A stretch of 63,841 nucleotides of DNA, the filler included, from Cystobasidiomycetes sp. EMM_F5 (Eukaryota): NCBI GenBank assembly GCA_051047955.1. It is 3 parts of 3 records of this genome, joined end to end, with 100 filler letters (N's around TTAATTAATTAA, not from the genome) between each part and the next. Parts side by side here need not be neighbours in the genome. Positions count along the whole stretch, not along the records: positions 29,646 to 57,644 come from JBPGPT010000069.1; positions 57,745 to 63,841 come from JBPGPT010000086.1; 1 more part is not named here. One strand, 5' to 3'. The position numbers were made by a program, and so were the translations under genes. The notes below the pieces were generated by a model. It was not told where the DNA came from, ran no database searches, and was given only the letters and a program-made list of their open reading frames with translations. The first letter of the stretch is position 1; each line of letters begins with the position of its first letter. Below, in pieces: positions 51,689 to 63,841 of this stretch.

Positions 51689-52439
51689 TGGCGGAGGATG
51701 CTGATGGTCTTTGATATACGGATAGCCAAACTATGGGTCGCGTCTCTGCTTCTCCACCTTTGGTTGCTGTGTTTGGTACAGCTGTGGTGGTGACTTGCGG
51801 GGCATTCTGGGAGGCAATACTACGGGTTTACAACGTTGGCTTAAGACTGTACACTGGACACCTGCTCTGCTTGATTGGCTATGCTACACAGTATTGCTCT
51901 GCCTCTATGCTGGTGGCGGAATACAGCGACTTGACTTGACTTCATCGGATGGCTACGAAACTTGGTATACATATAGTTCACTTCTCTTACATTGCTATGA
52001 ACATGCCCGGATGACTGGAAACATCTCTGCCTGGATGCTGTTGGTGGTATTATGTTCGTGCCTGGCTGTGCCTGGCTGTGCCTGGTGGCGACAGCGGCGT
52101 ACAATAACTCTGTCAATATACATCGTCGGCAGCTATAAGTCTGCACTGAGATTCTTCATAACATTTGAAGCAACTTTGTCTATTCAGTTTTCTTATATCG
52201 CTTCTGGTTTGGCTGCAATTGAGACTTTTAGCTCCTGAGTGAGAAAATTGGGCGAATCGCTGTAGCTCAGTCAGTATTAACGCTGGAGATCTATAAGTCT
52301 CGCCTGAGATTGTTCTGCTATGCTACAATCATGCTTGCTTGTCTGTTTGTCTTTAGCGGCTCTAGTTTTTGTGCAAATGAGACTTGAAGTTTTTCAGTAA
52401 CGATCAGGCACAGCGCCCATAAGTTCTCACTTTCTACAT

Positions 52440-55400
52440 TATATGAGTAGGGGTAGCCTTTCCAGTGTACGAAGTAGTCTAGTCGTCCGTGATTGAGTCG
52501 AGAGTCAAGTGTCTTTTCGACGATGTACTTGGGTGTGCCGTTCTCGACGATGGGATCGGGAGGGGGAACGACCATGCGTTGCGGATGTACATTAGAGACA
52601 TACTTCTCGAGAAGGGACACATGGAAGGTAGGGTGAATGCGCATAGTACCGGGAAGGAGGAGGCGGTAAGCTGAGGAACCAATCTTCTTATCGATTTCGA
52701 ATGGTCCTAACTTCTTAGCATCGAGTTTGGAGGAAGGACGAGAGGTGGAGATGTTTCGACGAAGGAGCCAGACTTTATCGCCAGGTTTCCAATTGGGAGC
52801 GGGGAGGCGACGTTTGTTGGCCCATAGACAGTGTTGAGAGTGAGCATGAGCGATAGATTCTTGCGCGAACTCGTGAGCTTTGTTAATTCGTACAAGTCGC
52901 TTCTCAATATCGGGAACAGAACAATCATCAGCAGTAAGCGATAGTCTAGGATGATACCCATGGTTGGCATAGAAAGGGGACATGCCTATAGTCGAATGAT
53001 GTGTAGAGTTGTAGGCAAATTCGGCTATAGGGAGGAGGTCGACCCAATCATCTTGCAGGTAATCACAAAAGAGGCGAAGGTGTAGCTCGACTGATTGATT
53101 AGTGCGTTCCGTCTGTCCATCGGTCTGAGGATGAAAAGCGGTAGAGAGAGCAGGCTTGACTTTGAGCATGGTGATGAACTCGGTCCACCATTCGGATGCG
53201 AAGGTGGTTCCACGATCAGAGACTATATCATTTGGCAGACCATGTAGCTTCCAGATATTGTTAAGGTACTGACGGGCAAGATCGCGAGAAGTATCGGTAG
53301 CTTTGGTTGGAATGTAGTGTGCCATCTTAGTTAGTCTATCAACGACGATCAAGATGCTATTGTATCCTTGGCATCGAGGCAGGTCGGTAATATGATCCAT
53401 GGAAAGGGAGAGCCAAGGTCCTTTGGGGATGGGAAGAGGCTGAAGCAAACCATAAGGGCGATGATGAGCGGCCTTACTTCGCTGACAAGGGTCACAGGAG
53501 TTTATGTAGTCATTGATGAAAGCTCTCATGTTCGGCCAATAGTAGTTGCGGCGAATGATCTCAAGAGTCTTTGCTTGACCGGGGTGTCCTGTCTCCATTG
53601 AGTCATGAGCTAGCTGGAGGATGCTGACGCGTATAGTCTCGTAGTTCGGAACATAGATTAGGCCACGAGATAGGAGGATACCGTCATTGCTAAGTGTCCA
53701 GGCTGGATCAATGGAGTCCCGATTGGCTTCAGGATCTTGGAGTACGGCGAGGATGTCATCGAGGGCAGGATCACGTTGCTGGAATAGTTTGATATCGGGT
53801 AACAGACGTGATACGGAAGAGTGCAATGTGACTGCCGAGATTTCGAGAGGACGAAGTAGCTGCAGTGGTTCGGTTTCGCTAGCTTTTCCCCCCGCTGCAA
53901 AATCGGGACGACGAGATAAGGCATCAGGTTTACCGGACTGATCACCCGGACGATACTTGATAGTATACTTGTGGTGATTGATGATCTCTGATCAACGAGC
54001 TTGACGACGAGTGAGAGTCTTCGACGTCTGGAAGTATTGAAGAGCTTGGTGGTCGGTCAATATGGTGAACGGTAGTGATAAGCCTTCGAGATAGTGTCGC
54101 CAGATCTTTACAGATTCGACAATTGCAAGGAGTTCTTTATCGTGTATTTCATAATTTCGCTCGGCGGGGTTCATTTTACGAGACATGAATGCAACCGGAC
54201 GCAAGACAGTGCCGTGATACTGAGATAATATACCGGAGATTGCGTAGTCGGATGCGTCTGTCTCAATGAGGGAGGGTAGGGCGGGATCATAGTGCGAGAT
54301 GACTTGACCCAAGCTGAAAGATTCCTTTATCGAATTGAAAGCAGAGCGAGCAGGCATGTCGAATTCGAACTTGACTTCTTTGCGCAGAAGACGAGTCATA
54401 GGAGCGATGATGCGAGAGTAACCCTTAATGAACCGGCGGTAAAAGTTTGCGAAGCCAAGGAATTGTTGTAGCTCGCGTACTTTAGTAGGTTCGGGCCAGG
54501 ACATTACAGAGTTAACCTTATCTTGACACATGGATACACCTTCGGGAGTGATGATGAAACCGAGGAACTCAACAGTAGTGACGTTGAAGACACACTTGTG
54601 ATTTGCAGCATACAAGTTGTTGTCAATCAAACGCTGGAGTACCTGGCGGACGTGAAGGGTATGTTGCTCAGGAGTGTCGGAGAAGATAAGGAGATCATCG
54701 AGGTAGATGAGAACGCAAACGTCGAGCAAGTCTCTGAACTTGTCGTTCATGAAATGTTGGAAGACTGCAGGAGCATTTGTGAGACCGAAAGGTATTACAA
54801 GGCATTCGAAGTGACCGTAACGAGTGCGAAATGCTGTTTTCCATTCGTCACCTTCCTTAACGCGGATGAGGTTGTAAGCTCCACGTAAGTCAAGCTTGGT
54901 GAAGATGCGAGCAGATCGTAGGCGGTCGAGAGCTTCGGGGATGAGCGGTAGAGGATATCGGTTCTTTATTGTAATATTGTTAAGAGCACGATAGTCTACG
55001 CAGAGCCTCAGCTCGCCGGACTTCTTCTTGACGAAGAGGATAGGAGCGCCGGCGGGAGACTGCGAAGCACGAATGAAGCCTTTAGACAGATTCTCATCGA
55101 GCCAAGTTGACAAGGCTTGAAGCTCGATTGCGGATAAGGAATAAAGTGGACCGTAAGGAGGTTGCTTGCCAGGCTCGAGATCGATAGATAGATCATATGG
55201 TCGATGAGGTGGCAGCACATCCGCTTTAGCCTTTGAAAATGCTGAGAGGAGGTCATGATACTCAGACGGAATGACAGCGCGCAGCGTATCAACGAAGTCT
55301 GGAGGGTCAGTCATATCATCAGGGAATGGAGCTGCCCTAAGCTCATCCGAGGAGATAGCGCTGAGCTCGAGAGACTTCTCCGAGTACATGAGAGTTCCGA

Positions 55401-56016
55401 CAGTAGAACTCGACAACGATGCAATAGCGTTGAGCTGAGATGAGTCGACCCACGCGATATCAAGAACAGGAGGAGGCGCGGTCGAAGGCACGAATGGGAG
55501 GGCCTTCACCGGCAGAGAACTAGAATCGCGGAAGGTGACAATTCGCTTTCGCCAATCGATATCAGGGTTGACTGTGCGAAGCCAAGGCATTCCGAGAACA
55601 AGGGGATATGCTCCAAGTTTTGCGACATCGAGATTGAACGTTTGCGATGACGATCCCACTTGAGCAGAGACTGAGCAAGAATGTGTGACGGCACCGGAAG
55701 CTATGGGTCGGCCATCAATCACAAAGAGAGGAACAGGTTCAGGTTTCGCGATAAGCATGAGTTGATGCTGCTTCACGAAGTCGGCATCCAAGAAGTCTGA
55801 CGTTGCACCGCTGTCAACGAGTGCAAGAGTAGACAGGGTAACAGACGATGAATCAGATAGTCGATGATGGAGAGAGACTGGAACGACTATAGGATTTTCT
55901 GGAGACGAGGAGACTGAGGTTGCCGAGATCGTGGCCGCGCTGATTGAAGAGTTACGAGGCGCCACGTTGATGGAGTGCGGAGCTAGACGCGAAGGCTCAG
56001 GACTCAGGCGTTTAAC
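52440..56016 (-). pseudogene. pol: Pol (PR-RT-RH-IN-partial chromodomain) in the -1 frame relative to gag; in-frame TGA at 53992-53994
   Basis: [60 protein letters not shown] (AHDS..GH..CDPC), IVSDRG, TDGQTER, GPF and YFVHWKGYP. Confidence 0.95.
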
Positions 56017-56948
56017 GGAGCGGGAGCATCAACAGGAGCGGTGAGCACTGCCTGCAGACGGTGGCCTCGATTCTTTTTAGCGGGACAATGGACTGCGATG
56101 TGACCTTCACCACCACAATAAGCGCACAGGTTGTTATCACGACGGCGCTTCTTCTCAGCATCGGTCAATGGCTTGAATTTGCGAGAGGCGGCAGAGTCAA
56201 GATCCATTGGGGTATCGCGAGAGGTAGAAGTAGTAGTGGTAGTGGAGGTGACGGAGGTCTGAGCCTGGGTACGAGGAGCAGATCGCGCTTGGGCATTACC
56301 GTGATTGGCGGGGCGATGGGATTTGCCTTCCTGCTGACGTTCGAAGAGTCTGTTGTCGATACGGATGCAGAGCTCTTGGAAGTCCTTGAAATCGGCAGGT
56401 TCATCGGTGACGTGAGACAGGATGTCTTTGACTGAGTCCTTCAAGCCATCGTAGAAGTATGTACGGAGGGCAGCGTCATCCCATGTAAGATACTGGCGTA
56501 TATTCTCAAATTCGGTACGATAGGCAGCAGCGGAGTTTGTCTGACGAAGAGATTTAAGCTTGCGTGCCATAGTACGTTCATGATCTGCATCGCCAAGATT
56601 ACGGATGAGTGCGGCTTGAAAAGCATCCCAGTCGCGACAGATAGGATCGTTCTTGTTGAGGAGAGGTTCGAGCCAAGCGAAAGCCTTGCCGCGAAGATAC
56701 GTTGCAGCGAAGAGCACTTTCATTTGGTCGTCAACGAAGAGATGAGGGTTGCCGAGGATGAACAGTCTGCACTGAGTGAGAAAAGACTGGCATCCGTTGC
56801 GGTCTTTGCCATCATACTCAGCCGGTTTGTTGAGCAAGCGGCCGAAGTGAGCAGAGACGGCGATGGGTTCGGCGGCGACGGCGGCGGCAGCGGCGAGTGC
56901 GGCGGCTGCAGCTGCGTCAAGGTTGTCTGGGATATGGGGCGTAGACAT
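56004..56948 (-). CDS. gag: Gag with CCHC zinc knuckle
   Basis: [34 protein letters not shown] and [14 protein letters not shown]. Confidence 0.95.
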   Translation of the reverse strand: MSTPHIPDNLDAAAAAALAAAAAVAAEPIAVSAHFGRLLNKPAEYDGKDRNGCQSFLTQCRLFILGNPHLFVDDQMKVLFAATYLRGKAFAWLEPLLNKNDPICRDWDAFQAALIRNLGDADHERTMARKLKSLRQTNSAAAYRTEFENIRQYLTWDDAALRTYFYDGLKDSVKDILSHVTDEPADFKDFQELCIRIDNRLFERQQEGKSHRPANHGNAQARSAPRTQAQTSVTSTTTTTSTSRDTPMDLDSAASRKFKPLTDAEKKRRRDNNLCAYCGGEGHIAVHCPAKKNRGHRLQAVLTAPVDAPAPLNA

Positions 56949-57180
56949 GGTTGAGCAGGAGCGAGTGTCGAGTCTTAATCTAGTTGTCGCGTACGCAAAA
57001 CGGCGGAGGCAGAATTGGCGGACGAGGGCTGGGATTCGGACGAGGGGGTATTCGCTGGTGCTCAAGAGTGCAAGGGCTGGAAAGCTAGAGACTGGGGGGC
57101 TGTATTGCGCAGATGAATATTGTTTGTGAATCAGATTAAGACTAGAGAACAAGAAGGACTATGAATCTTACAACGCCTTT

Positions 57181-57610
57181 TGTAATTCCATCGGCTAAGG
57201 GAACTACGCGAGGGGCTTGCTAGTCTAGGGGCGGAACCAATCACTCAAGGGGCTGCGGGATTTTAAGTGAAGGCTTGGTTGATAGGGGTGATTAGACTGT
57301 CGCTCGAAGGGGCTGAGGGGTATCGAGGTGTCCGAGTAAAAGGCAGCGACTAGTAGGGGCGCGGCAGACTAGTGCTGGTGGGTTGAGTTGTATTCGCTCG
57401 TGGTGTATTATATTGTATTGTAGGGGTTGTATTCGCTCGTGGTGGGTGCACCTCAGTGAAGAGGTTCACACCCGAAAAGGAAAAAAGGAAAGGCACGAAG
57501 ACGCGCGGCGCCGCCCAAAAGTTCAGTGATCGAACTTTTGGGAGGTTTTGGGCAAGGTTTCGGGCAATGAAGTCATGGTGGGCGTGACACTAGGGCTGCT
57601 GGGCGTGACA
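57181..57610 (-). repeat. Candidate LTR of the Gypsy element
   Basis: Minus strand starts TGTCACGCCC (57610) and ends GAATTACA (57181); contains a 19-bp direct repeat (57387/57426) and an 11-bp inverted repeat (57514-57542); no second copy to confirm the ends. Confidence 0.5.
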
Positions 57611-57644
57611 GTACCCCCGGGTTCAAACCCGAACTCCGAGAGGG

Positions 57645-57744
57645 NNNNNNNNNNNNNNNNNNNNNNNNNNNNNNNNNNNNNNNNNNNNTTAATTAATTAA
57701 NNNNNNNNNNNNNNNNNNNNNNNNNNNNNNNNNNNNNNNNNNNN
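57645..57744. other. Assembly gap with artificial linker
   Basis: 100 nt of N with central TTAATTAATTAA. Confidence 0.99.
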
Positions 57745-57910
57745 AATTGCCAGCTAAGCAACACCAACAGCAGAAGAGGTCCCTCACTCTCACAAAGATT
57801 TCGACACTACATGGAGGTCTTGGCTCGTAGCATCGACGAAGCCGGCGGAACTCTATCATCCCATGCGATTGCGCTCAGTACCCTGACTTTGCGACCACAC
57901 TCATTCCGCA

Positions 57911-59172
57911 TCATTGTGGTTTGAAAGCTGCTGTCTTACCGCCTGTCGTCTCCACATCCCGCATGATGGCTCCAACCGCATCAGTCTCTTTCTGTTCGCT
58001 CCACTGATATCTGGGTCCCTCTGCAATGCGGTCAGAACAGCACGCTTAGCTGTACATCCGAATGGCAATCTGTTCATGCTCACCAAAGACATCCGTCACC
58101 CGCCCGTATGTTATTCCTCCCATTCGCGAAATGGGTAACAGCCTCTGCGGTTCTATAGCGTTCGTGGGTCCAAAAAGGTCTTTTCGCGCGTGAAACCTGC
58201 GTACTCGGCCGACGACATACGTCGCAGTCATTTGTGTCTTCTCGTCATCTGAGTAAATCTGTGCATACTTCGTCAGCACAAATTGCTGCATCATCACAGC
58301 ATGCATGTCAGGCTTTAGACTTACGTCATGAAATGTTTCTTTCCAAATGGAAGAAATGTCTTGTCAGCATTTCCGGTAGTGTGCAGCACGGCTCAACGCA
58401 CCCAAAGTACACTCCATACAGAACGCGCTTTCTCCCACTCTCGGCGGTTTGACGACATCGCTTGGCACGGGACTCAACCCTGTCAAATCCCACTCGCTTA
58501 TGTCGTTTGGAGCATTGATTGCAGCGAAACTGGAAAGGCGTCAACTCTAGAATACGCATCTCGTGATGCTAGACTGACTTCGACGCTTCCGCGAAGGGCT
58601 CGGAGATCATGTTGATGACGAATTCCTTTGTAGCCTTGATGTTTGTCAAGGTATCCTTGTGATTGCCCTCACCGTTGACAATAGGCTTTGTCGCTGAGAA
58701 ATGAACCATGACCTATATAATGTTTAGCACAAAATCTGCCACTTAACAACTCTGCTCACCATAGGCGGTCGATAGCCCATGGGCGCAAAATACGAGAACG
58801 GCGCTAAGTTGCAGTTACCCGTAGCTGAGATTGTAGAAACGAAGGCTATGGGTCTTGGAGTTATTCCTCCAATCATCAGCTTGTATATCTGAAGTTTTTC
58901 TTCGACGTCGTCAGGATTTATGTGACGAAAGTTGTTTTGCGATCCTTCCAAAGTGGCCCCTTCGACGAATGCCTGATAGCCCGGCAGATCTGTTCTGCCA
59001 TCTGCGTAGGGACTGCTTCAGCAAACCTTATGCATCAAAGAATACTTCTGCACGAACTCAAGCCCTGTCCAGGTTTCCAAGACGGATCCGGTTGTTTTGA
59101 CACGACGAAGCGTCCGGCTTCCAGATCAGGTCGCCGTGCTTGCACAACATCGAATGGTTCATATTTCGACAT
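57911..59172 (-). CDS. Flavin reductase-like FMN-binding split-barrel protein, multi-exon
   Basis: PDPSWKPGQG, YKLMIGGITPRPIAFVST..NLAPFSYF, KDTLTNIKATKEFVINMISE, KPPRVGES and LLPISRMGGITYGR. Confidence 0.9.
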
Positions 59173-59635
59173 GACAAGAAACGAGATTGGATACCTTGTA
59201 GTGACTGCAGGCAGGACGTTGGCGACAAGTTTAGGATATCCACTTCGAGTCGTAATCTGGCGGCAATATGCAAGTAGCCGCTACGGCAGCGAGTTCGCCG
59301 GCCGAACCGGTCACGCCCTTCCGAAAGCTGGCGTCGAGTAACCGTAGCGCATCGTCTACAGCAGTTACTGCAGGCTTTCACGATACAATACAGCAACCAT
59401 GGAATACTCTTATATCGTAAGGGAGTACGGAAAAGCAGAAACCGAGCTGCCTGCATCATGCGAAACATACACGAATGGCAGTCACGATCTGTTGCTGTAT
59501 GCTACTCAGCAAACCGCAGAAACGCCGGATGGGAACTTCCCAGACAATGATTCACGAAGATACAGATTGCTAAAGTGAGCCAAAACTGGGCCATCCGCCT
59601 ACGCAAGCCGACAGCGAATTACTAGTACCACATCC

Positions 59636-60502
59636 ATGCCGGATCAACCCGCTAGCGTTCTTGTCGGAGTTGCGTTGACTCCTCCCGAAGACATTGAGAA
59701 CGACTTCAACCGATGGTACAGCGAGGAACACATACGACTCTTATCTAGAGTACCAGGCTGGTTGCGAAGCCGGAGATTCGAATTACTGGAAGGGCGCGGA
59801 CCTAAATACCTAGCTTTGCACGAATACGCACGAATCAATGGGTTGACGCGCTCTTCGGAATTTCAGGCAGCTACAACAACTGAGTGGACCAAGCGCAGTA
59901 TTAGTGCTTGTAAGCAAAACGGCTCGCTAGGCTACGAAAGGCACGAGTGGTACAGGGAAACTTGGGATGCTAGTCGCACCAAACTCATCAAGGTCGTCTC
60001 TCAGCCCGATGGCAGTGCGACTGTCGTTGAAGAAGACGTGCAGATTGAGACGACTGGGTGGATTGGCAGCAAATCGACACGGTCAGCTTGCATCTATCCA
60101 TTTAATTTGCAGCAGCTTATTGCCTTTACATAGATATCCTGCGAAAGCCATGACATTTCGTAAGATCACCGAAGAACATGCCGCAGCGCGTGAGTCTTGA
60201 CGATATGCACTGCCGATGCCGTGTCTTACGGGCATCTCCACGTCGACAGTGAAATCGTATGCGCCAATAGCAGCCCCTGAAGTATTTGGTATTTTCAACA
60301 TGCGTAGGTCTAACTGACGATGTCGTGCCCTCATAAGGTTCAGATAAATGTTGAGGCACCTACAAGAATTTGGACATCCGGGGGTCTTAATTGTATTGCG
60401 ATGCCGGGAGACTTGGTTGTTTACGAGGATACAACAGGCACTGGGCACGCCATTGAAGCCTTTTCTGGCGATGACCGAACGTTAGTAGTCGTCAAGTTGT
60501 GA
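59636..60502 (+). CDS. EthD-like dimeric alpha/beta-barrel protein with a probable C-terminal cupin-like region
   Basis: FNRWYSEEHIRLLSRVPGWLRSRRF..KYLALHEY; last exon PGDLVVYEDTTGTGH. Confidence 0.7.
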
Positions 60503-60562
60503 TTCCACGGAATGGTATCGTAAACGACTTGACATAGCGCAGTCAAAGTGCTAGAATGAAGT

Positions 60563-61629
60563 CTAAGTATACGAGTAGAAACCTCTGCCAGATTTTCGTC
60601 CCAGATATCCTCTATCTATGTACGATTGTAGCAGTTGCCGTGGCTCTTCAGGTAGACCCGATCGTTCATGAGCGTAATGACATTCAATGTCCATTACTGT
60701 ATCGAGACCGACGTTGTCCATCCTGTCGAAGCTGTTAAAGAAATCCTTCTCGCAAACCACTGGTATACTTACATCTGGAACGGACCAAGCGGGGTGCGTA
60801 AACGCGTCCTGAATAGATCATCTAGATCTTCTGGGGTAGATGCGCCTTGAGCTACGGAGTACAGTGCTTCGCGCTTGATTGCTGCCCAAACGCGATTGCT
60901 GCTTGGACGATAAGCCTCAAACGCCTGATTATGTTGACTTGAGAGACTCACTAGATGAAGCCAGAACTCTCTTTCAATACCTTGAATGGCTTAAATCCAT
61001 GCAACCTGGTGGTTTCCACCATGAAGTCAACGATAGCCGGATCGGTGTGACCGCACGTCATTATCTCGCAGGGAATGCTGTGTTATATGTCTCGCCTCAG
61101 CGAGCGCAGGATAATTTCGACTTTGATAGGCGTACTGATCAGGTGGCATGAATGCATGTATGTTGAGCACTAGCAGCTATCTTAGCCATGTCTGGGTATC
61201 TCGCTCAATGCACTCACCTCGTTCCTTTCGAGATACTTTTGCTATCATTTCGGAGCTCTTGTAGCTGCTGGAATTGGTCGCCAGAATAGCATCGCTGTCG
61301 GCAATGTCGTCGAGTTGCCCAAAGACGTCTATCTTCAGACTCAACCGTTCCGGAATAGCTTCGATAATTAGCCATGCTCCAGGTACTGCATCGCGCATTT
61401 TGTCAAACAGTTTGAGCTGGCCGTGCTGGCATTCAGGCTGTTGCACCTCCTTTGCATGCTCATCAAAGTACTCCTTTGCTTGAAGTCGCACAGCTTCGAT
61501 GGAGTCACACAGGTGGATAGTCGCACCGCGGCTTGCCCACATTATCGCCAAACGTCGCCCAAGGACTCCTCCGCCAATTATTGCAATCGGATCTTTCCGC
61601 CATTGACTTCGCGGCTCCCAGGCTGCCAT
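60563..61629 (-). CDS. 3-hydroxyacyl-CoA dehydrogenase family protein, multi-exon
   Basis: IIGGGVLGRR, IIEAIPERLSLK, LATNSSS, NRVWAAIKRE, GPFQMMD.VGLD and LGRKSGRGFY. Confidence 0.92.
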
Positions 61630-61878
61630 GATGTTCAGACTCGACCAAAGATGATAGATGATGCTGGACAATGCTCTGACAGGATATACAGTGTTCACCT
61701 TTCTCTCCTTCATTCTGTTGCTCGGCAATCTCGGCAACAACAACGGTAATATGGCCAATGGCAAGTCGACAGCCCAGAAAGCCGCATGCCGCGTTGTATG
61801 CAGCCGTCTGGCTGTGTAAAGAGCGAGCGTCATTCTGCATCGTAACGACAGCATAGTCTGCCTGTCATCTCAGTCATC

Positions 61879-63249
61879 ATGGCGCACCCGAAATTCAGCG
61901 ATCTACCTCTCGATACAAGTCATCCGGACCATTCCGCGTGGTTCGCCTTTGGTAAAGAGGACGAACTGGGAACGCTTAACCATCTGACACAAGAGGTTGT
62001 CCGCGAGGCTGCAAAGGAGATACGGCTTGGCTTGCGTGTCTCGCTCAAGTATGGATTTGTGCCGGCAAAAGCTGAAGTAGCTAGCTCCCACTGATGTTTC
62101 CAAAGTCTCCCACTAGACCAGCCAAAATATCCCTACCTTAATAGATGCGCGTACGAGCAGAAGATCATCAACAAGGCGCCTCGCATCATCAACGATGATG
62201 TCGTGACATTCAATACGCAGGTGTGTTTTTGCTATCGGGGTGATTTGCAGATCGACTTCAAGGGCCCTGCTGACGCTCCTTACGGGTATCTTGCTTATAT
62301 TGCGGCATTCCAGCAAGGTAGCCAGTGGGATTCCTTCAGACACTTCGCATATCAGAAAGAAGGCAAATTCTACAACAACGTCGGCCTTGATGCAATCATC
62401 GGCGAAAACGCTTCCACGCGCAATGGTATCCAAGGTGTGTCATCTTTGTCTTGGTAGCAGACGCAACCCTAATCGCTCTCCTTCTATAGCCGTGGCAGAG
62501 GCAGGCATAGCTGGCCGGGGCGTTCTGCTGGACTTTTACGAATATGCACAGGTCAAAAGCCTAGACTACGAGCCGTGGAGCCAGTGCGTGTGAATGAAGA
62601 CAATGTCCAAATTGATACTCATGAGGTTATAAAGATACGGTATTACACTTGACGAGCTGGAACAAGTTCGCAAACACCACAATGTCGAGTATAAAGCGGG
62701 TGACATCATTTTCATCCGCACTGGTCACATTAAACGCTACCAAGAAGCATCCGACGAACAGCGCAAGGCAAGCGCAGTAGTGCCACACAAGTGGTCTGGC
62801 GTTAAGCAAAGTAAAGATGTTCTTGCCTGGATTTGGGATAACAAATTCGTAAGGAATGCCTAAGCGTCAGGACAACGACACTAAAATGCAGATAACTACA
62901 GGCTGCTGTTGCCGGCGATTCTCCAGGTAGGAGTTTCGAGGCCAAATATGAAGGCTGCGACCTATAGAAGCTGAATACGGCCGCACCAGCATGGGAAGTG
63001 ACCCCGCATATGGCGAGCTTCAATCTTCATCCCTTCATATTATCTGGTCTAGGCTGTCCGATAGGTTCGTTCGCGCAGACAGTATCCGACTGAGTGCTGA
63101 TGATTGGCACTGTAGGAGAGCTTTTTGATCTGGAGGCTTTGGCGCAAGTCTGCAAGGAGCAGAAGCGATATACATTCTTCCTCACGAGTGCCCCACTGAA
63201 CATTCCTGGCGGCGTTGCTAGTCCTCCCAACGCCCTGGCGCTGTTTTAA
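61879..63249 (+). CDS. Putative cyclase / kynurenine-formamidase-like metal hydrolase, multi-exon
   Basis: DELGTLNHLT, FNTQ.SQWDSFRH, GIAGRGVLLD, GDIIFIRTG, AAVAGD, GELFDLEALA and PLNIPGGVASPPNALA. Confidence 0.92.
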
Positions 63250-63841
63250 GTCTCGAAAATCTACGGAAGCCCTCCGACGAGTTGCGAAGGCGTTACTCGA
63301 TGTCCTCCGCTGATTGTAGATGGACAAATTTCTGTGTCCGGCCACCGTATGCTACCATTCGGCCAACACCTTCAACGGGCTGCTGACACTCCCGACAGAA
63401 AGTCGGTACAGTAAGCATTGCGAATTCATCCGCCAAAGCTGTTGCGACCGTTGCCTTACGAGTGCTTCTGTTACAAAGTAGCGGGCCCTTCTCCGCATTT
63501 GTGTGATATACGTCCGACATTTGTTTGCACGATTGGCAGAAGGATCTGTTCGATTTTTCTCGTTGATTTGGATGAGAAGTGAAATGTATTCAGCTTCTAC
63601 TTGCCCGTTGCTTTTTGCGATAACCAATCCTAAAGTCTAAGGCAGCCAAGTCCAAAGCAGCCATCATTTGGCATCACTACAATGACGACAAGTATGCAGT
63701 ACTGTGCGAAGCATCAGATGAGTATCCGGCATTTACAGAACAAGTCCGCCGGGATGTGACGAGCTGGAGAGGCGTCGACAAGAGGTGTCGACAACGTCAA
63801 GCTCAAGGCAGTAGCCGGGGAGGGGGATTGGCAGGTGTAAG

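Larger units (their letters stand above)
52440..57610 (-). mobile_element. Ty3/Gypsy chromovirus LTR retrotransposon, 3'-truncated and carrying a nonsense mutation
   Basis: gag, protease, RT, RNase H, integrase and a partial chromodomain in Gypsy order; candidate 5' LTR present; no 3' LTR. Confidence 0.97.

Noticed and set aside
48750..52240. Numerous 60-150 aa ORFs at the island's right end
   Set aside because: No homology signal or coherent exon chain visible; treated as non-coding or unknown.
53992..53994. Programmed readthrough in pol
   Set aside because: The stop replaces the conserved Trp of RRQARW; a simple TGG>TGA nonsense mutation is more likely.
63293..63841. Short minus-strand ORFs at the window end
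   Set aside because: Could not assemble a consistent spliced frame or recognise a domain.

Overview
Intron-rich basidiomycete DNA (probably Ustilaginomycotina; inference) in three blocks separated by two 100-nt N gaps containing the artificial linker TTAATTAATTAA, so adjacency across the gaps is not guaranteed. Block 1 (1-29545) holds ordinary housekeeping genes: ATG9, LIM-RhoGAP, CKS1, PRP24/SART3, TAF10, an LYR protein, EPL1, an AIG2/GGCT-like gene, a Rua1-type Zn-finger gene and an SDR/mannitol dehydrogenase. Block 2 (29646-57644) is an accessory island. It carries a large spliced Zn-finger gene resembling the N-terminal part of telomere-linked helicases, with a tyrosine-recombinase-like motif and interrupted by a solo LTR; two diverged tandem copies of a large unknown gene with dsRBD-like and LRR-like regions; and a 3'-truncated Ty3/Gypsy chromovirus. 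The most striking signal is about 36 dispersed stem-loops between 30912 and 50209 with a near-invariant loop (GATGAGA, i.e. TCTCATC on the other strand) and freely covarying stems. They lie in all three reading frames and in non-coding DNA and switch orientation at defined points. A second family of 5 hairpins with loop AA(C/T)TCACGC follows at 50629-51688. Block 3 (57745-63841) is a compact four-gene catabolic-type cluster. All calls are by eye; exon boundaries are approximate unless stated.
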